Below are positions 19,832 through 29,881 of a stretch of DNA of 64,000 nt, in pieces (position 1 is the first letter of the stretch; each line of letters opens with the position of its first letter). Location: the NCBI GenBank assembly GCA_964437505.1, contig CAYTGU010000009.1, forward strand, positions 5,231-69,230. Direction: 5' to 3'. Position numbers and translations under genes: made by a program. The notes beneath the pieces are model-generated. The model did no database searches. It saw only the letters and a list, made by a program, of their open reading frames with translations, and was not told the DNA's origin. The stretch is from an uncultured bacterium (lineage in GTDB: Bacteria > JAHJDO01).

Positions 19832-20769
19832 TTTTCCTCTCCTAAATTAATTTTTGCTTTTAATGTTGTCCCTGTTCTTAAAGAAGATTTAATCTCTAAA
19901 TCGCCAGAACAACGTTTTATATTTGGAAGTCCCATGCCAGCACCAAAACCTAGTGCCCTTATCTTTTCTGATGCTGTGGTAAATCCTGGCTTTAGCGCCA
20001 GTTTCACATCGGCAATTCCCGGACCTTTATCATAAGCGCAAATTACAATATTATTACCATCTACTTCTATAGTGATATTTCCTCCTAAGGAATGAAGGCA
20101 AATATTCATTTCAGCTTCATAGCAGACTATAGCAATTCTACGAATAACATCTTTACTAATTCCTAGGTTTTGAAAGTACTTCTTGGTTATGCTAGCTGCT
20201 CTACCTGCATTATCAAAATCATCTCCTTTAACTTCAAATCGAAGTGGTTTTTTTGCAATTTTTCTTATTAAATTGTCAGAAATCTTGGTGTTTTTCGCTT
20301 CTTTCTCTTCAACTTCCTCAGCAATTGAATGAACTACAACTAACAATCTGTTCAGAATATCACTAAGAGTTATTATCCCTACAATTTTTTGGCTTTTTGA
20401 AGATTCTGTAACAGGAAGTCTTCCCACTTTAAGTTTTTCTAACCTGTTAATTGCAGAAATTACTGAAAAATTTTGCGGAATAGTGATTACATTTTTGGTC
20501 ATCTTATCACCAATTTTGTTGTCCACGTAATTTTTATCAAAAGCTGTGATAATATCGTCAATACTTACAATGCCTATAAGATTTTTTCTTGCATCAACTA
20601 TGGGAACCCCTGAAATTTTTTTCTTCTTGAGTGCTAATTGAATTTCTCTGAAAGTAGCATTTTTATTAAAAAGCAGTAAGTTCATTGACATTGCTTCCTT
20701 GACCTTAATTTCATATATTAACTCATTAGCCAGTGTCAATTTTTCTTTAGAATGATTATATATATTCAT
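19828..20769 (-). CDS. CBS pair + GHKL ATPase (HATPase_c) fusion protein
   Basis: N-terminal CBS motifs (GVPIVDARKNLIGIVSIDD; GRLPVTESSKSQKIVGIITLSD) and C-terminal ATPase motifs (DKGPGI, GFGAGMGLP). Confidence 0.55.
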   Translation of the reverse strand: MNIYNHSKEKLTLANELIYEIKVKEAMSMNLLLFNKNATFREIQLALKKKKISGVPIVDARKNLIGIVSIDDIITAFDKNYVDNKIGDKMTKNVITIPQNFSVISAINRLEKLKVGRLPVTESSKSQKIVGIITLSDILNRLLVVVHSIAEEVEEKEAKNTKISDNLIRKIAKKPLRFEVKGDDFDNAGRAASITKKYFQNLGISKDVIRRIAIVCYEAEMNICLHSLGGNITIEVDGNNIVICAYDKGPGIADVKLALKPGFTTASEKIRALGFGAGMGLPNIKRCSGDLEIKSSLRTGTTLKAKINLGEEK

Positions 20770-21114
20770 TTATTCTTTTTTTTTGCCTAGTTCTTCGGTT
20801 ATTTTTCTGCAGGAATCAAACATCGATTTATCAGTCATCATAAGAGGAATATGATGAGATTTCGCTAATCCGATCGCTTCCTGAGGAGGAAGTTTCCCTC
20901 TTACAAAGACAATAGCAACCGCGCTTGTTATCTCAGCTGTTCGGACAACTTGTTGAGAAGTCAGTCCTGTTAAAAGTAAATAGTTTTCCTTTTCATAAGC
21001 CAGAACATCGCTTAAAAGATCACTTGCTGCAAAATCCAAAATTTCCTTCCCAAGACAATTTTCACAACATAATATTTCAGCCTCTAAAATGCGGACAATA
21101 TCTCTAATTTTCAC
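20770..21114 (-). CDS. DRTGG-domain-like small protein
   Basis: 114 aa; position immediately downstream of rex in the hydrogenase operon; weak motif recollection. Confidence 0.4.
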   Translation of the reverse strand: MKIRDIVRILEAEILCCENCLGKEILDFAASDLLSDVLAYEKENYLLLTGLTSQQVVRTAEITSAVAIVFVRGKLPPQEAIGLAKSHHIPLMMTDKSMFDSCRKITEELGKKKE

Positions 21115-21746
21115 AATAATTTCCTTTTTGACAAATAATAGGACAACATTTCAAGCTTTTCGCACAAAGCGACATTAACCACAGTTATTCCTGAAGGGAC
21201 TTTAAGTTCTATTGGCGCAAAATTCAATATTCCCTTAATCCCTCCTTTAATTAACTTATTTGCAGCGGACTGTGCTGCAGAGGATGGGGTTGCAATAATC
21301 CCTACCCTGATCTTTTTCTTTTTAATTTTATTGCTGATATTCTTCTCATTCAGTATTTTTAAACTATTTTTTATATTCCCAACTTTTTTAGGATCATTAT
21401 CAAAAATAGACTCTATTATAAAACCGCGTTCCTTAAATCCAGGATATGCTAATAAGGCCTGTCCTAAATGACCAACTCCTGTTAAAGCTACAGGAATTTT
21501 TTTATGCAAACCCATTATCTTCGTAATTGCCCTATGAAGCATTGATACTTGGTATCCCATACCGGGAGTCCCAAATTGCCCGAAATATACAAGATCTTTT
21601 CTTACTTGAGCAGAGTTGAACCCTGCTCTTTCCGCAAGCTCGCTAGAAGAAACAGTTGTAAAACCCGCGTCCATTATTCCCTTTAGAATCCGCTTATATA
21701 TGGATAATCTTTCTACTGACTTTCTTGGAATCTTGTAGCTTTCCAT
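21111..21746 (-). CDS. rex: redox-sensing transcriptional repressor Rex
   Basis: N-terminal winged helix (RLSIYKRIL...SSELAERAGFNSAQVRKDL) and Rossmann NADH-binding GVGHLGQAL; 211 aa. Confidence 0.85.
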   Translation of the reverse strand: MESYKIPRKSVERLSIYKRILKGIMDAGFTTVSSSELAERAGFNSAQVRKDLVYFGQFGTPGMGYQVSMLHRAITKIMGLHKKIPVALTGVGHLGQALLAYPGFKERGFIIESIFDNDPKKVGNIKNSLKILNEKNISNKIKKKKIRVGIIATPSSAAQSAANKLIKGGIKGILNFAPIELKVPSGITVVNVALCEKLEMLSYYLSKRKLL

Positions 21747-21755
21747 TCTTACTCC

Positions 21756-21773
21756 TTGTGATAAATTTCACAA
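21756..21773. promoter_or_regulatory. Rex operator (TTGTGATAAATTTCACAA) overlapping the rex RBS; a degenerate second half-site lies at 21778-21793
   Basis: Near-perfect 18-bp palindrome matching the Rex-box consensus TTGTGAAnnnnTTCACAA, 10 bp upstream of the rex start codon. Confidence 0.55.
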
Positions 21774-21887
21774 ATCCTGTGAATATTATCACTAACTAAG
21801 TTTGTTGTCAATAATGATTGAAAGACGCATCATCTCATTCCAAATCAGATAATTGAAACTTTATAATACGATCGAATGAAGAGCGAC

Positions 21888-24011
21888 TTATAGAGGATTC
21901 TTTCCTTTGGCATTTATCTGTTCTAGATAATTACACGCCTGTTTATTATCGGGCTGTATATGCAGGATTTTTTTGAATATATTCTTGGCTTCTTTGTAAT
22001 CCCCTTTTTTATAATAAGCTACTCCTAAATTACGAGCAACACCAAGAGCTTTTGGCATAAGTCTTAAGGCAATTTCATACTCTTCAATCGCCTCATCCCA
22101 CTCTTTTTTCATCATATAAATATTTCCCAGATTATTGTGCGCTCCTCCAAACTTAGGATTAAACTTAACAGCCTTTTTATACTGCTGAATCGCTCCGTCA
22201 AGCTTCCCCAGTTTTTCACACGCATTTCCCAAACCCATTAACGCCTTATCATTATAAGGATTCTGTCCCACAGCTATCTCCAGCTCTCTAACAGCTTTTT
22301 TGTAATCCTTAATACTGATATACAACTTTGCCAGATTATAGTGGATATCAGCATAATCAGGATCTAGCTCAGCAAGCTGATAATATACTCTAAAAGCATC
22401 TTCTATCTTCCCTACCTTAGCATACGCAAATGCCAGACGATAATATGCCTTAAGATGCCCTCTATTGAGTTTGATTGTTTTCTTATACATACTTATAGCT
22501 TTATTCCAGTCCTTTTTGTTGCGATATTCAACCCCCTTTCTAAAATATACCTCCGCTCTTAATGGATGGACTGAAAAATAATTAAACACAAACAGAAGTA
22601 AGGCCGAAAATAGAGTTATAATTAAAATTTTGAATTTTGAATTTTGAATTTTGGATTTTGAGCTTTGAGTTTTGAGCTTTGAGTTTTGAGCTTTCCCGCC
22701 GCTTAAAGCAGACACACATCCCAGAGCAAACCATAGAAATATACCTGAAGAATGAAATCTTAAATCTACATTTCCCATGTTTTCAAAAATCAGGCCAACT
22801 ATTCCAGACACAAACCCTATAAGCAAATACTTTCTAAGTCTATCATCGGTATTTCTTGCTATATTTATACCTCGAAAAAGAATACTACCTACAATTCCAA
22901 CAAAAAGCACCAGTCCTACAACTCCCAGTTCGCATCCAATTTCAAGTACCTCACAGTGTACGTGCCGTGTTGCATTAACAGCATGTGGATTCAAAAAATA
23001 ATCAGAGAATCTGAATTGTGGATAAATCGTGGCAAAATTACCTATTCCCCAGCCTGTAAAAGGCCTGGCTAGAAACATCTTTATAGATCCTAGCCAAATC
23101 CACTTCCGTATTCCAATAGTTCCTGTGAGCAATTCCTCATTAATAACCCGCATTATTGACTCTGATCTTACCTGCCATACAGCAGCGCATAAGAGAATTA
23201 CTCCAATAAATAAGTAAAAACTTTTCGCCAGACCCCACCTTAAATAAACAAATGCGCAGGCAAAAAACACAATGGAAACACAAAATCCAATCCATGCGGC
23301 TCTCGCTTCTAATTTGTAAAGTGAAATAATGCTGGTTACAATTAAAATACAACACAGCGCAAAAGGGAAAAGCGATTTTAAATTTTGCTTGCCCCGTAAG
23401 CTTGTCCTTCGGGGAATTTTATCCATATAAAAATAGAGAATAAAAGATAGGATTACAGGTATACACAAAACAATATATGGGGCAAAGAATGTAGGATTAC
23501 CAAATAATTGCGGCAAGTTACGAATTATAGGAATGCTAAAACGGTTAAGCAGTGTAGGAACTTCTGCTATGAATGTAGCTAAAAACCACACAAAACAAAT
23601 TCTTAAAAACGCAGGTCTGGACTTACATGTTTCTAATACCACAAAATAGATCAAAACATATGTAAATAAGTTTACCAGTTCTGTGGCGCCGGCAAACTTA
23701 TTCCTTACCATAAAGAATGACACTAAACACCATATACAGAAAATACCTATAAGACCTCTGGGAAATTCGGGAAAAATTTTGTCCCGAAAGTTTTCGGGAT
23801 GAAACAGCCACTTATATATCCATAATAGGACTACACAGAACACCATAGCTTGAGCTATGACAAACTTTATAAATACATAATTATACGCAGACTTAAAAAC
23901 TGCTATCGGGACAAAAAAAATAATAATGAGCAGGCATATCTCTGATATTTTTCTTTTCAAATTCCTCTCCAACTCTTGAACAAGGGATTTCAACCCCTTG
24001 TTTTTTGACAC
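21888..24011 (-). CDS. O-antigen ligase/polymerase-like (Wzy_C) polytopic membrane protein with C-terminal TPR repeat domain
   Basis: About 12 TM helices with a large periplasmic-loop pattern, then a Lys/Ser/Gln linker, then more than 5 TPR repeats (AYYRLAFAYAKVGKIEDA...). Confidence 0.6.
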   Translation of the reverse strand: MSKNKGLKSLVQELERNLKRKISEICLLIIIFFVPIAVFKSAYNYVFIKFVIAQAMVFCVVLLWIYKWLFHPENFRDKIFPEFPRGLIGIFCIWCLVSFFMVRNKFAGATELVNLFTYVLIYFVVLETCKSRPAFLRICFVWFLATFIAEVPTLLNRFSIPIIRNLPQLFGNPTFFAPYIVLCIPVILSFILYFYMDKIPRRTSLRGKQNLKSLFPFALCCILIVTSIISLYKLEARAAWIGFCVSIVFFACAFVYLRWGLAKSFYLFIGVILLCAAVWQVRSESIMRVINEELLTGTIGIRKWIWLGSIKMFLARPFTGWGIGNFATIYPQFRFSDYFLNPHAVNATRHVHCEVLEIGCELGVVGLVLFVGIVGSILFRGINIARNTDDRLRKYLLIGFVSGIVGLIFENMGNVDLRFHSSGIFLWFALGCVSALSGGKAQNSKLKTQSSKSKIQNSKFKILIITLFSALLLFVFNYFSVHPLRAEVYFRKGVEYRNKKDWNKAISMYKKTIKLNRGHLKAYYRLAFAYAKVGKIEDAFRVYYQLAELDPDYADIHYNLAKLYISIKDYKKAVRELEIAVGQNPYNDKALMGLGNACEKLGKLDGAIQQYKKAVKFNPKFGGAHNNLGNIYMMKKEWDEAIEEYEIALRLMPKALGVARNLGVAYYKKGDYKEAKNIFKKILHIQPDNKQACNYLEQINAKGKNPL
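22627..22696. repeat. 10 tandem heptanucleotide units (AATTTTG x4, GATTTTG, then alternating AGCTTTG/AGTTTTG) inside the Wzy_C-TPR coding sequence
   Basis: Read directly from the sequence; it encodes the 7-aa-periodic linker SKLKTQS SKSKIQN SKFKI. Confidence 0.85.
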
Positions 24012-24118
24012 TGGGACTTTGACACATCGTTGTTTATTATACTGATAATCAGGAATTAAAGCAAAAAACAGCCCCGATAATCTCGGGACTGTTTTCTATC
24101 AAGCAAATTAACCTGAAA

Positions 24119-24706
24119 TTATTGCTGCGGCTGCTCGCCCATTACGTTGTCTACAGTTCCATCTTTCACAGCAGACACATGCCCGTCAAGATACAATACA
24201 TTAATAACATTCGGATTTGTATGATGAGCAACCGCAGTTACATCATCAACAGCACCAGCAGCAGTCTCAAAATCACGGTCACACGCAATTGCTGTGTCTG
24301 AATCATCCATCTCTGTCAGACCGGCATTGTACTCATAACTCCCTTCGTCATAAATGTGACTTTCACTACTAACACTATCTGAGCCGGATGGACATTCAAA
24401 TATCTTTAGAGATGAAATATAATTGGAGTAAAAGTTTGTAACGAGAGCCGTTGCGTCACTGTTTCCACCCCAATTCTCATTCCCTGTTAGACCTATGTCA
24501 GGAAAATAGTCATCCCAGTCCTGAGCGTACATATGCAGACCAAGCCCAATCTGTTTCAGATTGCTTACGCACTTTGTTCTCCTTGCCATCTCTCTTGCTC
24601 TTGCCAGTGCTGGCAGCAACATAGATGCAAGAAGAGCAATAATTGCTATAACAACCAGCAATTCAATAAGCGTAAATCCCTTGGACTTTCTAAAAAATTT
24701 CAACAT
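24119..24706 (-). CDS. prepilin-type N-terminal cleavage/methylation domain protein (pseudopilin, H-X9-DG / DUF1559-like)
   Basis: Leader [10 protein letters not shown] then [24 protein letters not shown]; C-terminal NVLYLDGHV motif; GGAGGAGG RBS 11 nt upstream of the ATG at 24706. Confidence 0.7.
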   Translation of the reverse strand: MLKFFRKSKGFTLIELLVVIAIIALLASMLLPALARAREMARRTKCVSNLKQIGLGLHMYAQDWDDYFPDIGLTGNENWGGNSDATALVTNFYSNYISSLKIFECPSGSDSVSSESHIYDEGSYEYNAGLTEMDDSDTAIACDRDFETAAGAVDDVTAVAHHTNPNVINVLYLDGHVSAVKDGTVDNVMGEQPQQ

Positions 24707-24795
24707 TTTATTACTCACCTCCTCCGCTTTCAAACTTATTTGTCGAATTATTACATAGTTACCATATTCTTGTCAAATGTTTTTTTCCTTCCTGC

Positions 24796-25773
24796 TTATA
24801 TGCTTATAAAAGATATTTGGGGCTGCAAGTAATTCTGAACATAATCAAAAACAGCCTTCTTAAGAGATGTTATTGGACTTCTGTACCCTGCGCGATGAAG
24901 TTTGGATATATCAGCCTGAGTAAAATATTGATAGGAATCCTTTATCTCTTCAGGCATCGAGATATATTTTATATTAGGCTTGATTTTCAATGCGTCAAAA
25001 ACCAGTTCTGCAAGCCTGTTCCATGTTTCTGCTCTGCCTGTACCAATATTAAATATTCCGTTAATATTCGGATTCTGTAAAAAAAACAGAGTCATTCTTG
25101 CAGCATCCTTCACATATAAAAAATCCCTTTTTTGCTCACCATGCGCATATTCTGGTTTGTGCGATCTAAATAGACTAATACTCCCCTCCTTTTTTATCTG
25201 TTCAAAGGCCTTGATGACCATGCTTCTCATTTCTCCTTTATGATACTCATTCGGTCCAAAAACATTGAAAAACTTAAGTCCTGCAATTTGTGTCAGTAAT
25301 CCATTTTTCTCCGCCCATACATCAAAAAGATGTTTAGAATAAGCATACATATTTAAAGGACAAAATTTATATAAATCCTTTTTTTTATCGGAATATCCGT
25401 AAGAACCGTCTCCGTATGTTGCAGCGCTGGAAGCATAGATAAAGCGCACATTACACCTGGCAGCATAAGCAGCAAGATGCTTTGTATACTCATAATTATT
25501 CAGTAAAAGATAATCTGCATCCTGCTCAGTAGTATCCGAACATGCTCCCATATGAATCAATGCACGAACACCTGATTTAAAATCGCCTTTAAGTACTTTC
25601 TCAAGAAAAATATCCTTGTTAATATAATCCAGGAACCTAAGACTCCGAAGATTCTTCCATTTGCTGCTCTTTCCTAACTCATCAACAATAAGAATATTAA
25701 ACTCTCCCTGCTGATTCAATTTCCATACAATGTTGCTTCCAATAAACCCCGCTCCACCAGTAACAATAATCAT
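24796..25773 (-). CDS. hldD: ADP-L-glycero-D-manno-heptose 6-epimerase
   Basis: Colinear with E. coli HldD/RfaD: MIIVTGGAGFIGSNIV, HMGACSDTTE, YASSAATYGDG, FNVFGPNEYHKG, IFNIGTGRAETW. Confidence 0.85.
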   Translation of the reverse strand: MIIVTGGAGFIGSNIVWKLNQQGEFNILIVDELGKSSKWKNLRSLRFLDYINKDIFLEKVLKGDFKSGVRALIHMGACSDTTEQDADYLLLNNYEYTKHLAAYAARCNVRFIYASSAATYGDGSYGYSDKKKDLYKFCPLNMYAYSKHLFDVWAEKNGLLTQIAGLKFFNVFGPNEYHKGEMRSMVIKAFEQIKKEGSISLFRSHKPEYAHGEQKRDFLYVKDAARMTLFFLQNPNINGIFNIGTGRAETWNRLAELVFDALKIKPNIKYISMPEEIKDSYQYFTQADISKLHRAGYRSPITSLKKAVFDYVQNYLQPQISFISI

Positions 25774-25792
25774 TTCTTAACTTTCCTCAACT

Positions 25793-25821
25793 TTGACAAA
25801 CCAAAAATTAGTTGTTATCAT
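25793..25821 (+). promoter_or_regulatory. sigma70-like promoter for the rnf operon (TTGACA-N17-TATCAT)
   Basis: Consensus -35 and good -10 with 17-nt spacing, about 50 bp upstream of rnfC. Confidence 0.4.
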
Positions 25822-25867
25822 TGCACAGAATTCTAACAAGTAAATTACAAACTGTCAATTTAACCCA

Positions 25868-27190
25868 TTGGTGCCTATGCTAAATTCTAGTTTTTATGGA
25901 GGTATTCATCCAGAGGATTCTAAAACCAGTACAAACACAAAGAAAATTCTGAATCTTCGTCCTCCTAAAAAAGCAATCATCCCTTTGCAGCAGCATACAG
26001 GCGCAATATGTAAGCCGCTGGTTGATATTGGAGACATTGTTAAAGTAGGGCAAAAGATTGGTGATGCACAGGCATTTATATCTGCACCTGTTCACGCCAC
26101 AATATCAGGTAAAGTAGTAGACATTTCCCCTATGCTACATCCTTTAGGAACTAAGGTTCTGTCTATTATTATAGAATCTGATGAGTCCGATACATGGGCT
26201 ATTGAAGAAACAAAAAGAGACTGGAAAACGCTCAAAGCAGAACAAATAAAACATATTATAAGAGAAGCTGGTATTGTGGGACTTGGTGGCGCTGCGTTTC
26301 CAACACATGTAAAACTTAGCCCGCCGGAAAACAAAAAAGTCGATACATATATTTTAAATGGTGCTGAGTGTGAACCATTTCTAACAGCTGATCACAGCCT
26401 AATGTTGCAATATGCAAAACAAATTGTCATAGGACTCAAAATCTTAATGAAAGCAACTGGCGTAAGAAAAGGCATAATCGGTATTGAACAAAATAAACCT
26501 GATGCACTCAAAGAAATTACTGACGAAATCAATAAAGAATCAGATACAGATGTTGACATAATGGCACTTAAGGTAAAATATCCTCAGGGAGCTGAAAAAC
26601 AGCTTATAAAAGCTCTTCTGAAACGTGAAGTGCCAAGCGGCGGACTTCCAATGGATGTAGGAGTAATAGTTAGTAATGTTGGCACCTCATTTTCAGTATA
26701 TGAATCTGTTGTAGAAAGAAAACCTCTGGTAGAGCGAATTGTAACTGTAACAGGAGGAGGCATCAGGAATCCACAAAATCTTAGAGTAAGAATAGGAACT
26801 CCTTTTTCAAATTTAATAGAGGCATGTGAAGGAGTCAAAGAAGAAATAGGCAAAATAATAATGGGCGGCCCAATGATGGGGATCGCCCAATATACAACGG
26901 ATGTCCCGGTAATAAAAGGTACATCCGGAATACTTGTGCAAACGAAAGACGAGATTTGTGACGAGCCTGAGGAATGTTGTATAAGATGCGGCAACTGTGC
27001 TGGTGTTTGCCCAATGAAAATATTGCCCAATGTAATAACTAACTCTATAAAAAATGACCAGTTTGAACATGCAAAAGAATACGGATTATTGGATTGTATG
27101 GAATGTGGGGCTTGTACATATGTATGTCCTGCGCACATACCAATAGTCCAGTATATAAAATATGGAAAAACGCAACTAAGAAAAATTTAA
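25868..27190 (+). CDS. rnfC: Rnf complex subunit C
   Basis: NuoF-like fold with GGAAFPT and two C-terminal 4Fe-4S motifs (CIRCGNCAGVCP; CMECGACTYVCP). The start may be the ATG at 25877. Confidence 0.85.
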   Translation: MVPMLNSSFYGGIHPEDSKTSTNTKKILNLRPPKKAIIPLQQHTGAICKPLVDIGDIVKVGQKIGDAQAFISAPVHATISGKVVDISPMLHPLGTKVLSIIIESDESDTWAIEETKRDWKTLKAEQIKHIIREAGIVGLGGAAFPTHVKLSPPENKKVDTYILNGAECEPFLTADHSLMLQYAKQIVIGLKILMKATGVRKGIIGIEQNKPDALKEITDEINKESDTDVDIMALKVKYPQGAEKQLIKALLKREVPSGGLPMDVGVIVSNVGTSFSVYESVVERKPLVERIVTVTGGGIRNPQNLRVRIGTPFSNLIEACEGVKEEIGKIIMGGPMMGIAQYTTDVPVIKGTSGILVQTKDEICDEPEECCIRCGNCAGVCPMKILPNVITNSIKNDQFEHAKEYGLLDCMECGACTYVCPAHIPIVQYIKYGKTQLRKI

Positions 27191-28146
27191 TGTATACTCT
27201 TTCAGTATCTCCTCATATTCATTCCCACCTATCAGTTAAAAAGATAATGTGGGATGTTATAATAGCACTTGTGCCCGCGTTTGGTATGGGGATTTATTTT
27301 TTTGGTACACAAGCATTGTATCCAGCCCTAATAAGCATCTTCACAGCTATAATAACTGAGGCAGTCATATCCAAAATAAGAGGACGCAAAACTATATCAA
27401 ATGGCAGCGGCATTGTAACAGGACTTTTGTTAGGTATGATAATACCTCCAGGCGTACCTTTATGGCTGCCTGCGGTCGGAGCTGTGTGCGCTGTCATACT
27501 TGGGAAAGAGGTATTTGGCGGTCTTGGACGCAATATATTCAACCCTGCTCTTATAGGCAGAGCAATACTTATGGCTTCATGGCCTACTTTTATGACCACA
27601 TGGCTGGCACCACAACCAGGCCTGTTCAAAAGGATTGATACCATAACCAGTGCAACTCCATTAGCAATAGTAAAGCTTAATCTGGCTCAAGAACTTCCTT
27701 CCTATTGGAATCTGTTTATTGGGAACATAGGAGGATCTATTGGAGAGACATCTGCTCTTGCCCTGCTGCTGGGCGCAATATATTTATTTATAAGAAAACG
27801 AATCTCATGGCACACTCCTGTTTCCTACATTGGGTGTGTAGCACTGCTTTCCTGGATATTCGGCCATAATGGTTTATTCACAGGAGATCCATTATTTAGC
27901 ATACTGAGTGGAGGATTGATTTTAGGCGCTTTCTTTATGGCAACAGATTATGTAACAACACCTATAACACCTAAAGGTAAAATTATATTTGGATTAGGAG
28001 CTGGAATAATAGTAGTTTTGATAAGGTTAAAAGGCGGATATCCTGAAGGAGTGTGCTATTCCATATTATTGATGAATGCTGTAACTCCGTTGATAGACAG
28101 GTGGAAGTGGACAATACCCAGAAAATTCGGAAAAATAAATGCGTAA
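27190..28146 (+). CDS. rnfD: Rnf complex subunit D
   Basis: MYTLSVSPHIHS...IMWDVIIALVP N-terminus typical of RnfD/NqrB; multi-TM. Start set at the ATG overlapping the rnfC stop rather than the track's upstream extension. Confidence 0.85.
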   Translation: MYTLSVSPHIHSHLSVKKIMWDVIIALVPAFGMGIYFFGTQALYPALISIFTAIITEAVISKIRGRKTISNGSGIVTGLLLGMIIPPGVPLWLPAVGAVCAVILGKEVFGGLGRNIFNPALIGRAILMASWPTFMTTWLAPQPGLFKRIDTITSATPLAIVKLNLAQELPSYWNLFIGNIGGSIGETSALALLLGAIYLFIRKRISWHTPVSYIGCVALLSWIFGHNGLFTGDPLFSILSGGLILGAFFMATDYVTTPITPKGKIIFGLGAGIIVVLIRLKGGYPEGVCYSILLMNAVTPLIDRWKWTIPRKFGKINA

Positions 28147-28690
28147 CATGTTAAAACTATCTGCGGTTCTGCTTATAATTGCCGCTATTTCGGGGGTAAC
28201 GCTAGGCGTAATCTACACTGTTACAAAAGAACCGATTGCAAAACAAGTCAAGCTGGAAGAGGAAAAAGCGCTAAAGGCCATTTTCCCAAAAGCAACGAGC
28301 TTTAATTTAACTACTGGTAAAGACAACTACACTTATTATAAAGTTCATGTAAATAATAAGTTAATAGGGTATGCTCTGAATGCATCCGGAAAGGGATTCA
28401 GCAGTATAATCAGAGTTAAAATAGGTCTAAATCTAAACAAAAGAATAAAAGATATTAAAATTGTCAAACAGGGTGAAACTCCAGGTCTTGGAACAAGAGT
28501 AGAAGAAACGAAGTTTACAGATCAGTTTATGAAGAAAACCTTGAAACAGGTTTTGCTAAAAAAGGACTCCAGCAAAGGAACTATTGACGCGTTAACTGGA
28601 GCTACTATATCATCGCGCGCTGTTAGTGAAGCTGTACAAAAATCTATAACAAAATTTTTAAAGATTAAGAAAGAAAAAAATGAGCATTAA
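28139..28690 (+). CDS. rnfG: Rnf complex subunit G (FMN-binding)
   Basis: N-terminal TM helix plus the TGATISSRAV FMN-attachment motif. Confidence 0.8.
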   Translation: MRNMLKLSAVLLIIAAISGVTLGVIYTVTKEPIAKQVKLEEEKALKAIFPKATSFNLTTGKDNYTYYKVHVNNKLIGYALNASGKGFSSIIRVKIGLNLNKRIKDIKIVKQGETPGLGTRVEETKFTDQFMKKTLKQVLLKKDSSKGTIDALTGATISSRAVSEAVQKSITKFLKIKKEKNEH

Positions 28691-29276
28691 ACAAGATTTT
28701 ACAAGAGGCATTTTTGCAGAGAATCCCACGTTTCGACTTATTCTCGGCATGTGTCCCACACTTGCTGTTTCAACTTCATTGGTAAATGCTATAGGCATGG
28801 GAGCAGCTACTACCTTTGTGCTTTTAGGGTCCAATATACTTGTTTCTTTATTTAGAAAATTTATACCATCAAATATTCGCATTCCCGCTTTTATTGTGAT
28901 CATTGCCACTTTTGTAACTATAGTAGAGCTTATAATGCAAGCATATTTCCCTGCGTTAAATAAATCTCTTGGAATATTTATTCCATTGATTGTCGTAAAC
29001 TGTATTATACTTGGCAGAGCAGAGGCTTTTGCATCAAAAAATCCTGTTTTCCCTTCTATTCTGGACGCATTAGGCATGGGAATAGGATTTACAGGCGCAC
29101 TTGCTCTTCTTGGAGCCACAAGAGAAATACTTGGAGCCGGAACAATCTGGGGATATCATATATTGGGAACTGGTTTTAACCCCGTAATAATAATGATACT
29201 CCCCCCAGGAGCATTTATAGCGCTCGGTCTATTTCTGGGATTCTTTAATAGTCTGGCAAAAAAAAGGAAAGAGTAA
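28680..29276 (+). CDS. rnfE: Rnf complex subunit E
   Basis: RnfE/NqrD-type polytopic protein (LILGMCPTLAVS; NCIILGRAEAFA). Confidence 0.85.
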   Translation: MSIKQDFTRGIFAENPTFRLILGMCPTLAVSTSLVNAIGMGAATTFVLLGSNILVSLFRKFIPSNIRIPAFIVIIATFVTIVELIMQAYFPALNKSLGIFIPLIVVNCIILGRAEAFASKNPVFPSILDALGMGIGFTGALALLGATREILGAGTIWGYHILGTGFNPVIIMILPPGAFIALGLFLGFFNSLAKKRKE

Positions 29277-29279
29277 ACA

Positions 29280-29867
29280 ATGCTTTTTACTAAATTATTT
29301 ATAATATTCCTTTCCGCAGCTCTAGTTCACAACTATGTGTTAAACAGATTTCTTGGTATTTGCCCATTCATAGGCGTTTCTAAAAACAGTTCTGCTGCGT
29401 TTGGAATGGGGATGGCTGTAATTTTTGTCATGACTATTGCATCAATGGCTACATGGATGATACAGCATTACTTATTAATCCCATTAAATATAAGTTTTTT
29501 ACAAACAATTACATTTATTCTTGTTATTGCAACACTGGTTCAATTTGTGGAAATGGTCATTGCTAAAATAAGTCCTGCTCTTCAACAGGCATTGGGAATT
29601 TATCTTCCACTTATTACTACAAACTGCGCTGTTCTCGGTGTAGCAACAATTAATAGTGATTCCAATCTTGATTTTATAGGCAGCATTGTAAATGGTCTTG
29701 GCGCTGGTGTAGGTTTTACTATTGCATTGCTTCTTATGTCTGCAATAAGGGAAAGACTGGATTTGACCGATGTGCCTGAGTGTATGAAAGGCATACCAAT
29801 TGCATTTATCATAGCTGGTTTAATGTCACTTGCTTTTATGGGATTTACCGGTTTAGTTTCTCAATAA
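29280..29867 (+). CDS. rnfA: Rnf complex subunit A
   Basis: RnfA/NqrE-type ([13 protein letters not shown]; TNCAVLGVA). Confidence 0.85.
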   Translation: MLFTKLFIIFLSAALVHNYVLNRFLGICPFIGVSKNSSAAFGMGMAVIFVMTIASMATWMIQHYLLIPLNISFLQTITFILVIATLVQFVEMVIAKISPALQQALGIYLPLITTNCAVLGVATINSDSNLDFIGSIVNGLGAGVGFTIALLLMSAIRERLDLTDVPECMKGIPIAFIIAGLMSLAFMGFTGLVSQ

Positions 29868-29881
29868 TAAAAAGGTTTAAT

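Noticed and set aside
21778-21793. Second possible Rex box TGTGAATATTATCACT
   Set aside because: Only a partial palindrome with altered spacing relative to the consensus; mentioned as degenerate but not called as a separate feature.
22627-22696. Short tandem repeats considered as a possible CRISPR array or minisatellite
   Set aside because: The 7-nt period has no spacers and lies within an intact reading frame that encodes a periodic linker; no cas genes in the window. Retained only as an intragenic repeat.
27094-27189. Upstream extensions of rnfD (from 27094), rnfB (29780), zapA (34022), kdsB (38298), pdxA (34561) and the clpP TTG start (32263)
   Set aside because: Each extension overlaps the preceding gene or lacks an RBS, whereas a downstream ATG/GTG with an RBS yields the canonical N-terminus of the family.
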